Positions 37,590 through 48,768 of a stretch of 64,000 nucleotides of DNA are shown piece after piece. The DNA is from Carcharhinus longimanus (Eukaryota), in NCBI GenBank assembly GCA_030264375.1, contig JASCQW010000175.1, positions 11,555,646-11,619,645 of the forward strand, given 5' to 3'. The first letter of the stretch is position 1, and each line of letters begins with the position of its first letter. The notes below the pieces were generated by a model that had not been told where the DNA came from, made no database searches, and saw only the letters and a list, made by a program, of their open reading frames with translations. Both the position numbers and the translations under genes were made by a program.

Positions 37590-37830
37590 TTGGAAATAAA
37601 AATGTAAAAAGTTGAAAGTTCCCAGCAGGCCAGGCAGCATCTGTGGAGAGAGAAACAGTTGACGTTTCAGGTCAAAGACCTTTCATCAGAACTGGGAAAA
37701 GTTAAAGATATCACAAGTTCTGAGCGAGAGTTGAAATGGGGCAAGGACAAAAGGAAGTTCTGTCATTGTCTGGAAGACTGAAGAGATTGTTTTTATGTCA
37801 GATTTCTAACCTCTGCAATATTCTGCTTAT
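37590..37830 (-). mobile_element. Penelope-like element terminal-repeat fragment
   Basis: Shares the CTCTCTCCACAGATGCTG..CCTGCTG terminal motif with copies at 27620, 31075 and 32065, and carries a hammerhead core. Confidence 0.6.
37656..37694 (-). ncRNA. Minimal type-I hammerhead ribozyme in a Penelope-like element end
   Basis: Minus strand reads CAGUU-CUGAUGA-A-AGGUC-UUU-GACCU-GAAA-CG-UC-AACUG: stem I CAGUU/AACUG, stem II AGGUC/GACCU, palindromic ACGU stem III, GUC cleavage triplet. Confidence 0.7.
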
Positions 37831-40059
37831 CTGTTGGATTTTAGGGAATCCATTCTGAGAATAGCCCCAATTTTCCAAACCATTCAAACTGCACATATAT
37901 ATTTAATAGTCACGCTGTGGAGTAAATTGTGCTGGTTTGAACACGAGTAAGGTAGTTTGCCAAATTAATTGTTTGGGTCCTTTTATACTTTGAATATGCT
38001 GCAAACTTCCCAATTCCAATTAAATATCTTGTATGCCAATTCAACCCTATACCCTGACTGCCTGTTCTGAAAGATATCCATAAACAGACACAAAAGATTT
38101 ACTTAGTGCACAAGCATAGCTGAGCAATATTGGATGGTGGCGATAGATGAATTGACTGCTCAGATAGTGAGTGCTTCAAACTCTTGTTTGAAATTTTCTT
38201 AGTGGCCACATAATTGCAGCAATTGGCAAATCTATTCAAATGAAACCTGGCTATCTAATTTATTATTCAGAGTTTTGCAGGTAATTCTTATATTACTGAC
38301 ATTTTACTTGTAACTTATTTATTTTCATATCAGGCAACTTGCATAGCTTTCTTCAAATAGGTTGACATTGACGTAGGAACAGCTGTTCTTCCCATTTGAA
38401 AGGATGTTTGTCTAACAGAACACCAAGGCCCCCACTGTCGATACTTGACGCCAAGCACAAGCAACCAAACCAGTCCAGCCTGTTCAGTTGCACAAACCCT
38501 CCCTTCCCTGCACACTGAACTCCAGTGCTGACATCTGCAGAATGCTGCAAGTGTGGGGCCACAGACATTTTCAAAATACACCATTATAAAATCCCTTCCC
38601 TTCATTTAACTCTTTTTAAAGAAGCAATATTTGGTTGTGAAATAAAGTATCAAAATACTGGCACGGCAACATTACGAGGTTTGTGGAATGATATGCAGTG
38701 CTGTAAATCTAAAACACATGACCTTATCAACAGCCTTTCTCACTTGCTTTTGGTTTACCAATTTTCAGTGTGTGCATCATCCTTTGATATAAAATCTCTG
38801 CCTGATCTACAGTTGAAAATTTATTTTTGTTTGGGTTGGGGAAAGCTGAATCCACCAGGAATTCTGGTTTAGCACTTTATTTTAGTGAGTGAACTATCCT
38901 GCCTGATAATGTGCCAGTATTTGATAGAATGCACTGCGTCATGTTCTCCAAATGCACAGACCCCTTTACTGTACAGCTATTCATTCTCCATTTAGACCCT
39001 GATCATTGTCAGGTTATTTTCTTCGCTGGCAGGGTGGAAGAGTTTAGTAAGACATTACTGGGGGAGCCCAGCAATGTGGCTGCAGATTCCAGTCAGTCAT
39101 GTGTTTTGCATTCAGGGGAAGGGGCTGCAATCCTGTAGTGCTCACGCATTCAGAGACCCTCAAAAGAAAGGAAAGGAGTTTGCATTTCCACAAATCTGGT
39201 GACTAGCGAGTCCACAAGTATCACGCTCGGGAGAGAAGTGATGCTAATTGAAGTAAATTCCTCCTTTGTTCTTATTCAAATTCTTTTCAATAGTTTGAGT
39301 TTAGGGCACTACTTCGTGGCATGACTGTGAATTAACATTGCCTTTCTTGTGAGCTTGTTGGCACTTGTAAATGTGACACCATAAAGCAGCTGAGCACAGG
39401 CGAATGCGTTAATCTTTCACACCTGTGGGTATGCTGGGGCAAACCATTCACAGTTCAGCTGTTTGGTGATAAATTCAGTTGATCAAGAATGAAAATGAAC
39501 TCTCTTGCTGCTCAGAATTTGGAGGAAAACCTCTAATGGAATAGACAACTAATTCTCTGGCATCCTCTTTTCAATTACCATTTCCTGTCATTTCACAAGT
39601 CCTGCCATGTTACTATTTCTTTATTTCCATTGTACTTCACACCACAGTTTTGGATTAAACTAGAACTAAAACACGCTTTGGTATCAAATCTTGCGTGTTG
39701 GTGGCCACCAGACAGCCCAGTTTCAGAATTGGCTCTGTAATTGCACTGCAGAACAAAGCGATAAGAAAGTTTAGTAGTTTGATAATCATGCTTAAAAACG
39801 TTAGATTGTCTTTTGTTAAATTCAACCAAATGCATGCTCATGTCAATTTAGCTTGTTTTCACTTAATGTAGAATGAATTTGCTTTAGGCAAGTATACAGT
39901 GTGCTTTTTGAGGTCTTGCTCTGTCTGATTATACAGTAGGAAATGAAAGGCAGTTTACCTTAGCAGTGAAATACACAGCTCAATCAACAACTCAATGCGT
40001 TAGTGAATGTTGCTTAAATGTACGGATCAGGCCTTGCGTCTTATCTTTACTGATGTCAG

Positions 40060-41725
40060 ATGGATAATAGGGACATTATTGGAAAAAGCTCAGAGAGAGC
40101 ATCTATCTGCATTTGGAGGGGCAAGGTTTGATCAGGGATAGTCAGTATGGCTTTGTCAGAGGGAGGTCATGCCTAACAAATTTGATTGAAATTTTTGAGT
40201 AGGTGACCAGGTGTGTAGATGAGGATAGTGCAGTTGATCTCATATGGATTTCAACAAAGCCTTTGATAAGGTCCCACTTGGGATACTTACAAAGAAGGCA
40301 AATGCACATGGGATATTGGATAATTTGATGAAGTGGATTCAAAATTGGCTTAGTTGTAGGAGACATAGGACGATAACAGAAGGCTGCTGTAGTGACTGGG
40401 AGCCAGTGTCCAGAGGTGTACCACAGGTGCTGGGCCCCCTATTATTCATCATTTTATATAAACGGCATAGGTGACTATGTGGGAGGTAAGATTAGTAAGT
40501 TTGTGGATGACATAAAGATTGGCCAAGTGGCTAAAGTGAGGTTGGATGTCTTGGACTACAAGAAGATATAGACGAGATGGTCAAATGGGCAGATGAGTGG
40601 CAGATGGAATTTAATCCTGAAAAGTGTGAGGTGATACACTTTAGAAGGAGTAATTTGACGAGGAAATATTCAATGAATGGCATAGCACTTAGAAGTTCTG
40701 AGCCATAAACAGACCTTGACGTGTTTGTCCATAGATCTCTGAAGATGGGTGGGCGTGTTAGTAGGGTAAAGAAGAAGACACGTGGGACGTTTGCCTTTAT
40801 TAAACAAGGCATAGATTGCAAAAGCAGCAAAGCCATGTTGGAATTGTGTAGAACTTTGGCTGCAGCATTGTGTGCACTTCTGGTCACCACATTGTAAAAG
40901 GATTTCTTAATTTTTTGTTTATTAGTATCACAAGTAGGTTTACATTAACACTGTAATGAAGTTACCGTGAAAATCCCGTTGTTGCATACTCCAGTGCCTG
41001 TTCAGGTACACTGAGGGAGAATTTAGCACGCCCAGTGTACGTAACTAACACGTCTTTTGGACAGTGGGAGGAAATTGGAGCACCCGGAGGAAACCCACGC
41101 AGACGTAGGGAGAACGTGCAGACTCTGCACAGACAGTGACCCAAGCTGGGAATCGAACCCAGGCCCCTAGTGCTTTGAGGCAGCAATGCTAACCACTTGC
41201 TGCCCCACTGTGCCACCGTGCCACCCCATTTGATCGCACTGGAGGGGGTGCTGAGGAGATTCACCAGGATGTAGTCTGGAATGGAACATTTAAGTTATGA
41301 AGAGAGGTTGGGTAGACTTGGATTGTTTTTGTTGGTGCAGATAAGACTGAGGGGTGACCTGATCGAGGTGTACAAGATTCTGTGAGCCAGTAATGATTAT
41401 GAGGAGCATGGGCAAGATGGAAAGGAGGCAGCTATTTCCCTTAGTTGAAGGTTCGGTCATGAGAGGACACACGTTCAGTGTGCGGGAATGTGAGGGAAAA
41501 CGTTTTTACCCAGAGGGTGGTGAGGGACTGGAATGTGCTGTCTGGGAGGAGGCGGGATGCCTCACATCCTTTAAAATGTACCTGGATGAGCACTTGGCAC
41601 ATCATAACGTTCAGCGCTATGGGCAAGTGCTGGTAAATGGACTGGGCAGGAGGCCAGGCGTTTCTCAAATGTGGGTGCAGACTGGATGGGCTGAAGGGCT
41701 TCTTCTGCACAGTATGATTCAGATT
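40060..41725 (+). mobile_element. CR1 LINE (RT to 3' end) interrupted by a SINE
   Basis: QYGFVRGRSCLTNLIE, MDFNKAFDKVP, GVPQ, KFVDDIK; SINE inserted at 40917-41226. Confidence 0.88.
40917..41226 (-). mobile_element. HE1-like V-SINE, type-B tail, nested in CR1
   Basis: Splits the CR1 between AAGGAT and TGATCGCACTGGAG. Confidence 0.85.
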
Positions 41726-42271
41726 CTGTGAAAGTTGACCAATAGCCAACACGCCAGTAAGAAGCCTACCCCACAGCTATAAAACACTGGGAACATTGAG
41801 AGAGGGGTTAAAGCAGCTGAGACTGGGACTTGCTGCACCTCAGGGAAGAGCTGGCCAACAACGTGAGTAATCATGGATCTCCAGAGCTCAGTGGTGGGCA
41901 CTGCCAAAAGTGCAGGAAGGAGTGTGGAAGGAAAGCAATGCCTGCCGTAGAAAAGCTTTGGTCAATTGGATAGGGGGTTCTATTTTGGATGACGGGCAGA
42001 TGGCAAGGAAGTGGTAGGTGGTGACATTTGGAGAGGGGGCAAGGGGGCTAAACCAGCTGAGAGTGGAACTTGCTGCTCCTTGGACAGGTTTGATCCTCTA
42101 GTTGTGTTCAGTTTGGTGATTCTGCTGCAGAGGTGAAAGAGCTGCTTCCAAAGTCAGCATTCTGGAGAAAGGGAAGAAATTATGCAGGTGGAGAATCCTT
42201 TAAATACTTCTTGCAAATAAACTTTATTTATTTGCAGGTGCAGCCACTGTATTATAAAGTGTTGAAGTTCA

Positions 42272-42558
42272 TTTATTAGTGTCACAATAGGCTTACATTA
42301 ACACTGCAATGAAGTTACTGTGAAAATCCCCTACTCGCCACACTCGGGTGCTGTCTGGGTACACTGAGGGAGAATTTAGCATGGCCATTGCACCTAACTG
42401 GCAAGTCTTTGGAGTGTGGGAGGAAACTGGAGCACCCTGAGGAAACCCATGCAGACATGGGGAGAACATGCGGACTCCACACAGACAGTCATTCAAGCCG
42501 GGAATCGAATCCGGGTCCCTGGAGCTGTGAGGAAGCAGTGCTGACCACCATGTTGCCA
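42272..42558 (-). mobile_element. HE1-like V-SINE, type-B tail
   Basis: Full-length copy ~225 nt upstream of the exon at 42784. Confidence 0.85.
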
Positions 42559-42783
42559 TAACCCATGATACAAGCTTATACCTTTAAATCACCTCTGGAT
42601 AATTTGAAGCTTAAAATAATGCTAATTTGAAAAGCTAGGAATGTAGTTGTGTGGCCATGATGCACTGTAGTTTTGTGGATCGTGATGAATATAACATAAT
42701 TAAAGTGCATGTCAGCTGTTGCAGGTACACACACGTTTAAGTAAAACTTTCATGTTACTTTATTGTCTGTTTTTATTTTTCAG

Positions 42784-42927
42784 CAGACAGATGAAGCAGC
42801 GCAGACAGATGGGCAACAGCAAACACAGAATACCGAGAGCAGTGAGAGCAAACCCATCCCTAAACGGCTTCACGTTTCCAACATTCCCTTCCGGTTCCGT
42901 GATCCTGACCTCCGGCAAATGTTTGGG
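42784..42927 (+). CDS. RBFOX2: RBFOX2 exon with start of the RRM (RNP2: [22 protein letters not shown])
   Basis: Polypyrimidine tract then cag|CAG acceptor; donor GGG|gtaagg; 48 codons. The RRM portion is the invariant Fox-1 family sequence. Confidence 0.96.
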
Positions 42928-43284
42928 GTAAGGGATGAGCTGTTCAGAGATTCATATTAAAATAAAATTTCCCATTAGAGATGTGGAGTTACCTCAGGCA
43001 GACAATTTACTTGTGGCACTATTGTCCAAACACGCACTTCCTAATGAAACATTGTAAAATGCCACACAAAATAATGCAACAGAATTGGATAATACTGCTG
43101 TTTATAAAATAGCTCTAAAACCTAGTCTCCCCCACACAGTCAGATGAGGGCCATTATCAGATACCTAATTGCTGCAACTACCCCCTGTGAAGTGGACAGA
43201 GTTTTTCCAATTGATAATTCCACTGCTGAGTGTTATTCACAGTAGGAAGGCATAGGAGAATTAATGTTCACGCTTTACCTGTAT

Positions 43285-43660
43285 TATTTCTTCATGGGAT
43301 GTGGGTGTCACAGGCAAGGCCTGCATTTATTGTCCATTTCTAAATGCCTCTGAGAAGGCAGTGGTAAGTTACTGCTCTGAGCTACTGCAGTTTTTATAGT
43401 GTAGATACACAGCTGGTGCTATGTGAAAGCCGGTTCCAAGATTTCGACCCAGCGACAATGACAGGGTGACAATATACAAGTCTAAATGGTATGTATCTTG
43501 AAGCGTGACTTTGTAGATGGGGATGTCCCAAGTGTCTGATGTCTTTGTGCTTTTAGATGGTTGAAGTCATAGTTTGGAAGTTGTGCTGAAGAAACCATAG
43601 TAAGCTGCTGCGCTGTGTCCTGTTGAAGATTAATCCCTGCAGCCATAATGTGCAGGTGGT
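43285..43660 (-). mobile_element. LINE 3' end (CR1/L2 group); related copies at 49515-49925(-) and 62335-62515(+)
   Basis: Shared GGGTCAAAATCCTGGAA...GGGCAATAAATGCTGG...CACATCCCATGAA terminus; the 49617-49916 ORF reads ...TVTGSKSWNSLP. Confidence 0.65.
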
Positions 43661-43926
43661 AAATGGAAGTCACCAAAGGCAAGGAAGGATGTGAAGGTTC
43701 TTCACAGTGTGGTGGCAGTGCACCAGAATAGATGGGGAAATTTAGCTACAAGATTGGGTTGGCGAAGCTGGGGTTCTTGGAGCAAGTGAGGTTAAGGAGA
43801 GATTTGATAAGAAGTGCAGAAGATTATGACAGTTTTAAATGATAATGAAGAAACTGAGATTGCAAGTTAAAAACTCTGTACAAGATACAGGGGAATTGTG
43901 AGAAAATGCTTTTTTGTGCATCGTGA

Positions 43927-44280
43927 NNNNNNNNNNNNNNNNNNNNNNNNNNNNNNNNNNNNNNNNNNNNNNNNNNNNNNNNNNNNNNNNNNNNNNNNNN
44001 NNNNNNNNNNNNNNNNNNNNNNNNNNNNNNNNNNNNNNNNNNNNNNNNNNNNNNNNNNNNNNNNNNNNNNNNNNNNNNNNNNNNNNNNNNNNNNNNNNNN
44101 NNNNNNNNNNNNNNNNNNNNNNNNNNNNNNNNNNNNNNNNNNNNNNNNNNNNNNNNNNNNNNNNNNNNNNNNNNNNNNNNNNNNNNNNNNNNNNNNNNNN
44201 NNNNNNNNNNNNNNNNNNNNNNNNNNNNNNNNNNNNNNNNNNNNNNNNNNNNNNNNNNNNNNNNNNNNNNNNNNNNNNNN
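43927..44280. other. Largest assembly gap
   Basis: N run. Others at 194-293, 1124-1132, 3049-3148, 7197-7374, 17053-17152, 31173-31272, 47873-47972 and 56220-56319; the 100-N runs are probably gaps of unknown size. Confidence 0.97.
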
Positions 44281-44559
44281 ATCACCATCTGTTAAAAAAA
44301 AGTTAAATTGCCCTGTTCTCACCCACATGTTGAAGCTCCCTCTGCATGTTAATGACATCTAAGTGCACATTCTGTTTCATATTACTTTAAATAGAAAATT
44401 TGACAACCGTTGTATTTGTCTTAACAGTAAACTACTGTCGTGACAAATTAAATATTTTTGATTCACTGAGTGGAAAGATTGCAGAGTAATGGTGCAGTTG
44501 AATTGTCCTTGCAAATCGCCATCCTATCTCAAATCTCCCTTTCCTCTGCAGAGTTCTTG

Positions 44560-46900
44560 AATTTATTTTCTCTTCCAAATCAATCATGCCCATCTTTCCC
44601 GGAACTGCATTTCAATCCCTCCAATCCAGTTTCCACCCCGCTATGGACCAGCATAGTGCTGATCAAACTCTCAGAAAACAGCCTATGTCTGTGACAAGGA
44701 TAAACTCTCCCTTCTTGTCCTTTTCAACCTGTCAGTAACCTTTGACGCGGTTGACCCCACCATCTTCCTCCAGTGCCTCTCCACTGTCATCCACCTGGGT
44801 GAGACTGCTCTCATCTGGTTTCATTCTTATCCCTACCAACCACATGCACGTCAATTCTATCCTTGGCCCCCTCTTATTCTTCATTTACATACTGCCCATC
44901 AGTGACGTTGTTTAAAAGCACAGTGTTTGTGTGTGCATGCTGTGATACCCAGCTCACCTCAGCACCAGCCTCTCGACTCCTCCACTGCTACTAAATTATC
45001 AGACTGATTATCTGACATCCAATACGAGATGAAATTTCCTCCAGTTAAGCTTTGGGAAAACTGAAACCATTGTTTTGGTTCTGCTCTAAGCACGGTTCCT
45101 TAGTTATTGACTCCACCCTCTCCCTGGAAACTCTTTCTACCGCCATAACACTGGCTTCGTTACCTCCAAACTTAAAGAAGGAAGGGTGAAAGAACACGGT
45201 CCCTCAGACCTGTTAGTTTGCCATAAGTAGTAGGGAAAATGTTAGGATAAAAAGGATGTAGTAACACTTAGAACGTAACATGTTTGTGTAGAGACAAAAT
45301 GGATTTATGAGAAGGAAGTCATGCTTGACTAACCGATTGAAGTTTTTGAGCATGTTACTTATAGCATAGATAGAGGAGAGCCAATGGATGTGGTGTATTT
45401 GGCTTTTCAGCAGGCTTTTGATAAAGTCCCACACAGGAGGTTGGTAAACAAAGTTAGAGCAAATGGGGAAAAGATGCTGATTTGGATCGAGAATTGGTTA
45501 ACAAACAAAATCAGAGTAACATTAAATGGGATGTTCTCCGAATGGCAGGCTGTTACTGGTGGAATATCACAAAGATCAGTGCTGGGCAATAGCTGTTCAT
45601 AATTTACATAAATAATTTGGATGTGGCGGCCAAATGTAGTGGTTCCAAATTTGCCAATGACATGAGGCTAGGTCGGAATGTGAGCTGTAAGAAGGATGCA
45701 AGGAGGCACGAAGGGAATTTGGACAGGCTTTAGTGAAAGGGGCAAGGGGGAGAGAACATGGCAGGTGGATATAATGTAAATAAGTCTGCAGTTATCTGGT
45801 TTGGGAGAAAAATCAAGCAGAGCATTTCTTAAATTATGAAATGTTGGCAAGTGTGGATGGCCAAAATGGATGTGGATGTCCTTGTTCCTGAGTGACTAAA
45901 AGCTAACATGCAGCAAGCAGTTTGGAAGACGAATGGTACGTTGACTTTCAGTGCAAGGGGAATTGAATACAGAAGTAAAGATGTCTTGCTGCAATTGCAT
46001 CAAGCCTTGGTGAGACCACACCCAGACGTTGTGTACAGTTTTGATCTCCTTTTCTCAGGAAGGATGTACTTTCCAGAGAGAAACAGCAACAGAGATTCAT
46101 CAGACTAATCTGTGGGATGGAGGGATTGTCTTATGAAAAGAGACTGAGGAAAAGGGATCTATATTTGGAGCTTTGAAGAATGAGAGGTGATCTCATTGAG
46201 CTTACAAAATTCTTGCAGGGTAGATATAGATCAGGCGTTTCCTCTGGCTGGTGAGTCTCGAATCATGGGGGACACTGTCAGAATATGGGACTGAGATGAG
46301 AAAGAAGCTCCAGAGGGCTATGGAAGCTCAATTATTGAGCGTGAGCAAGACAGAAATAGGTAGATTTCTGGATAATAATGGCATCAAGGGATATAGGGCT
46401 CTGGGGGAAATGGCATCCATATAGTTAATCAACCATGATCTGTTTGAGTGGCAGAGCAGGCTGGGAGGGTTCAATGCTCGGTCCACCTATTTCCTATCTT
46501 TCTAATTTACGCTCTATCATTCCCCATTCACCTGTCAGCCCTGTGATTGCTGATCTACACTGCCTCCTGCTCAAGCAGAGTCTCAATTTAAAAATTCTTA
46601 ATCTTGTTTCCAAATCTCTCCATGGTTTGTCCCCCTCTATCTCTTAAACTTCCTTCAGCCCACAATCCTCCAAGATATCAGCACCTTGTGTAGGCCCCAA
46701 GCTCTAGGAAACCCTCTCCACTTTGCATTTCTCCTTTAAGACACTCCTTGAGACACCTCTATAACCCAACCTTTTTATCATCTGCCCCAGTACCTCCTGA
46801 TGCAACTTGACATATTTTGCTTTCAAATGGTGCTGTGAAGCATCATAGGATGTTTTATTATGTTAAACGCGCTATATAAATATAATTTGTTATTGTTCTG
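44560..46900 (+). mobile_element. L2-clade LINE split by a CR1 insertion
   Basis: 44700-45180 has LLVLFNLSVTFDAVD (L2 LDLSAAFDTVDH type). L2 resumes ~46510 and ends GCGCTATATAAATATAATTTGTTATTGTT. Confidence 0.7.
45210..46505 (+). mobile_element. CR1 LINE RT to 3' fragment nested in L2
   Basis: DVVYLAFQQAFDKVPHRRL; ARGIEYRSKDVLLQLHQALVRPH. Confidence 0.85.
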
Positions 46901-47973
46901 ACAACAGAGGATGTGAGTGGCTCACCGTGTTTTTTGAAAGCAGCTAGTCAGTAACCTTACCCAACTGAACATCCTTGATGTGCAATAAATGGCACAAGAA
47001 ATATCCATATAAGGTTTGTTAATCCTTTATCTGCTGACTGGATAGTCTGTGCAGTGTTTGATAGAAAATTCTGCCCATATTTGTGCCTCCAAATTCTATG
47101 CCATCAGATGTTAAACATAAATAATTGCAAAGCTTGGATTTACAGAGTTTCTCTTTTCAGTTTATTCCAAAACTCAAGAATTGTGGAGCAAACTCCTCAA
47201 GCGTTGACATTTTGTTTGTTTTGTTTTGCAAACAAATCAAATAAAGTTTAATATCAAAGGACACAAAGCACCGTTAAACATGAAAGATTGACTGATCCTT
47301 CCAACGGTTATATTCAATTAGGTTAAGTGGATTAAAGTTGGCTGCATTTGAATTTGAATTCTGGGGTGCCTGTGGCAGTCAGCTGCTCTCAACTAATCCA
47401 TCCACTTCCCCTGGCAAGATTCACAGACCCTTAAAAAGTTTACTGCGAGGATAATGGAGTTCATTTTGGAGTGTAATTCCTGGTAGCGAGAATGCCAATC
47501 TCCTGAAATAACACTTGCATTTTTACAGCACCTCAAATATAGAAAAATGACCCAAAGCACTTGTCAGTGGTGTTACCATAAAAAGCAGATGAGTGTAAGA
47601 AAGAGGGAGGAGGAGGTGGAAGTGCACTCAAAGTCACTAATAGAGTGTTTGGAGAACTGCAGCTGTAGGACTGAGATTGGATGGAGGGGGAGGAGGCAAA
47701 ACCAAATAAGGAATTTAAATATTGGGATGGGGGGAGGCGAGAGTTTTAAATTTGAGGCAATGACACTTGCAAATTTACCCTCTGCTCACTGGTGGTTTAA
47801 CAAGATCTGTGTGTCAGATTGGCAATACAAATACCCCCATTAGCGCCAGCTATTCTGAACAGGAGATTCAGAANNNNNNNNNNNNNNNNNNNNNNNNNNN
47901 NNNNNNNNNNNNNNNNNNNNNNNNNNNNNNNNNNNNNNNNNNNNNNNNNNNNNNNNNNNNNNNNNNNNNNNNN

Positions 47974-48420
47974 TGTCCCCCCCAGCAGTATTCAGACAGG
48001 AGTACTTATTATGAAGGGGGACATCCACCGGGGTGCTCTCCATCACATGAGCTTTCCTCCTCCTGACAGTTACGCACTTGCCTTCCTCCCATTGCCCTGG
48101 TGTGACCACCTGCCGGTAGCAATTACCTCCTCATTCTCTCTATTGAGACGAAGGTCCTCGAGCTGCCATTCCAGTTCCTTAACCTGGTCCCTTAGGGATT
48201 GCAGCTCCACACACCCAGCACAGATATGGACGCCTGGGAGACCAGGAGCCTCCAGGACCTCCCACATATTGCATTGGCAACAAAATACTGGCCTCACACT
48301 CATACTTGCCCTTTTTAGAAATACAGGAAGAAAAAAGTAATTAAAAACTTATAAACTTACTTTGCCTCACCAGTCCAACTTATGGTGAGGGCAAAAAAAA
48401 CTACCCAGGCCTCTTTGCGA
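47974..48420 (-). mobile_element. CR1 5' region/ORF1 (zinc finger and leucine zipper)
   Basis: MSVRPVFCCQCNMWEV...HICAGCVELQSLRDQVKELEWQL, typical of the vertebrate CR1 ORF1 N-terminus. Confidence 0.75.
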
Positions 48421-48550
48421 ACTCATTCCGGTTTCCGTTTTAAAATTTAAAAACAACTAGAAAAGTTTGTTTAAAAAAATCACTGTAGCTTACCCTCAAG
48501 CTCTCCTCTCACCAATCGCTGCATCTCTGCTGTGCTCCCAAGGAACAACG

Positions 48551-48768
48551 AAGTTACTATGAAATTCCCCTAGTCGCCAAACTCCGGCACCTATTTGGGT
48601 ATATTGAGGGAGAATTTAGCATGGGCAAACCTGCACCTGAAGGAAACCCATGCAGACACAGGGAGACTGTGCATACTCCACACAGAAAGTGACCCAAGCT
48701 GGGAATTAAATCCGGGTCCTTGGTGCTGTGAGGCAGCAGTGCTAGCCAGTGTACCACTGTGCTGCCCC
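48551..48768 (-). mobile_element. HE1-like V-SINE, type-B tail, internally deleted
   Basis: Tail GGCGACTAGGGGAATTTCATAGTAACTT; followed by a CR1 3' tail at 48770-49030 (+). Confidence 0.8.
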
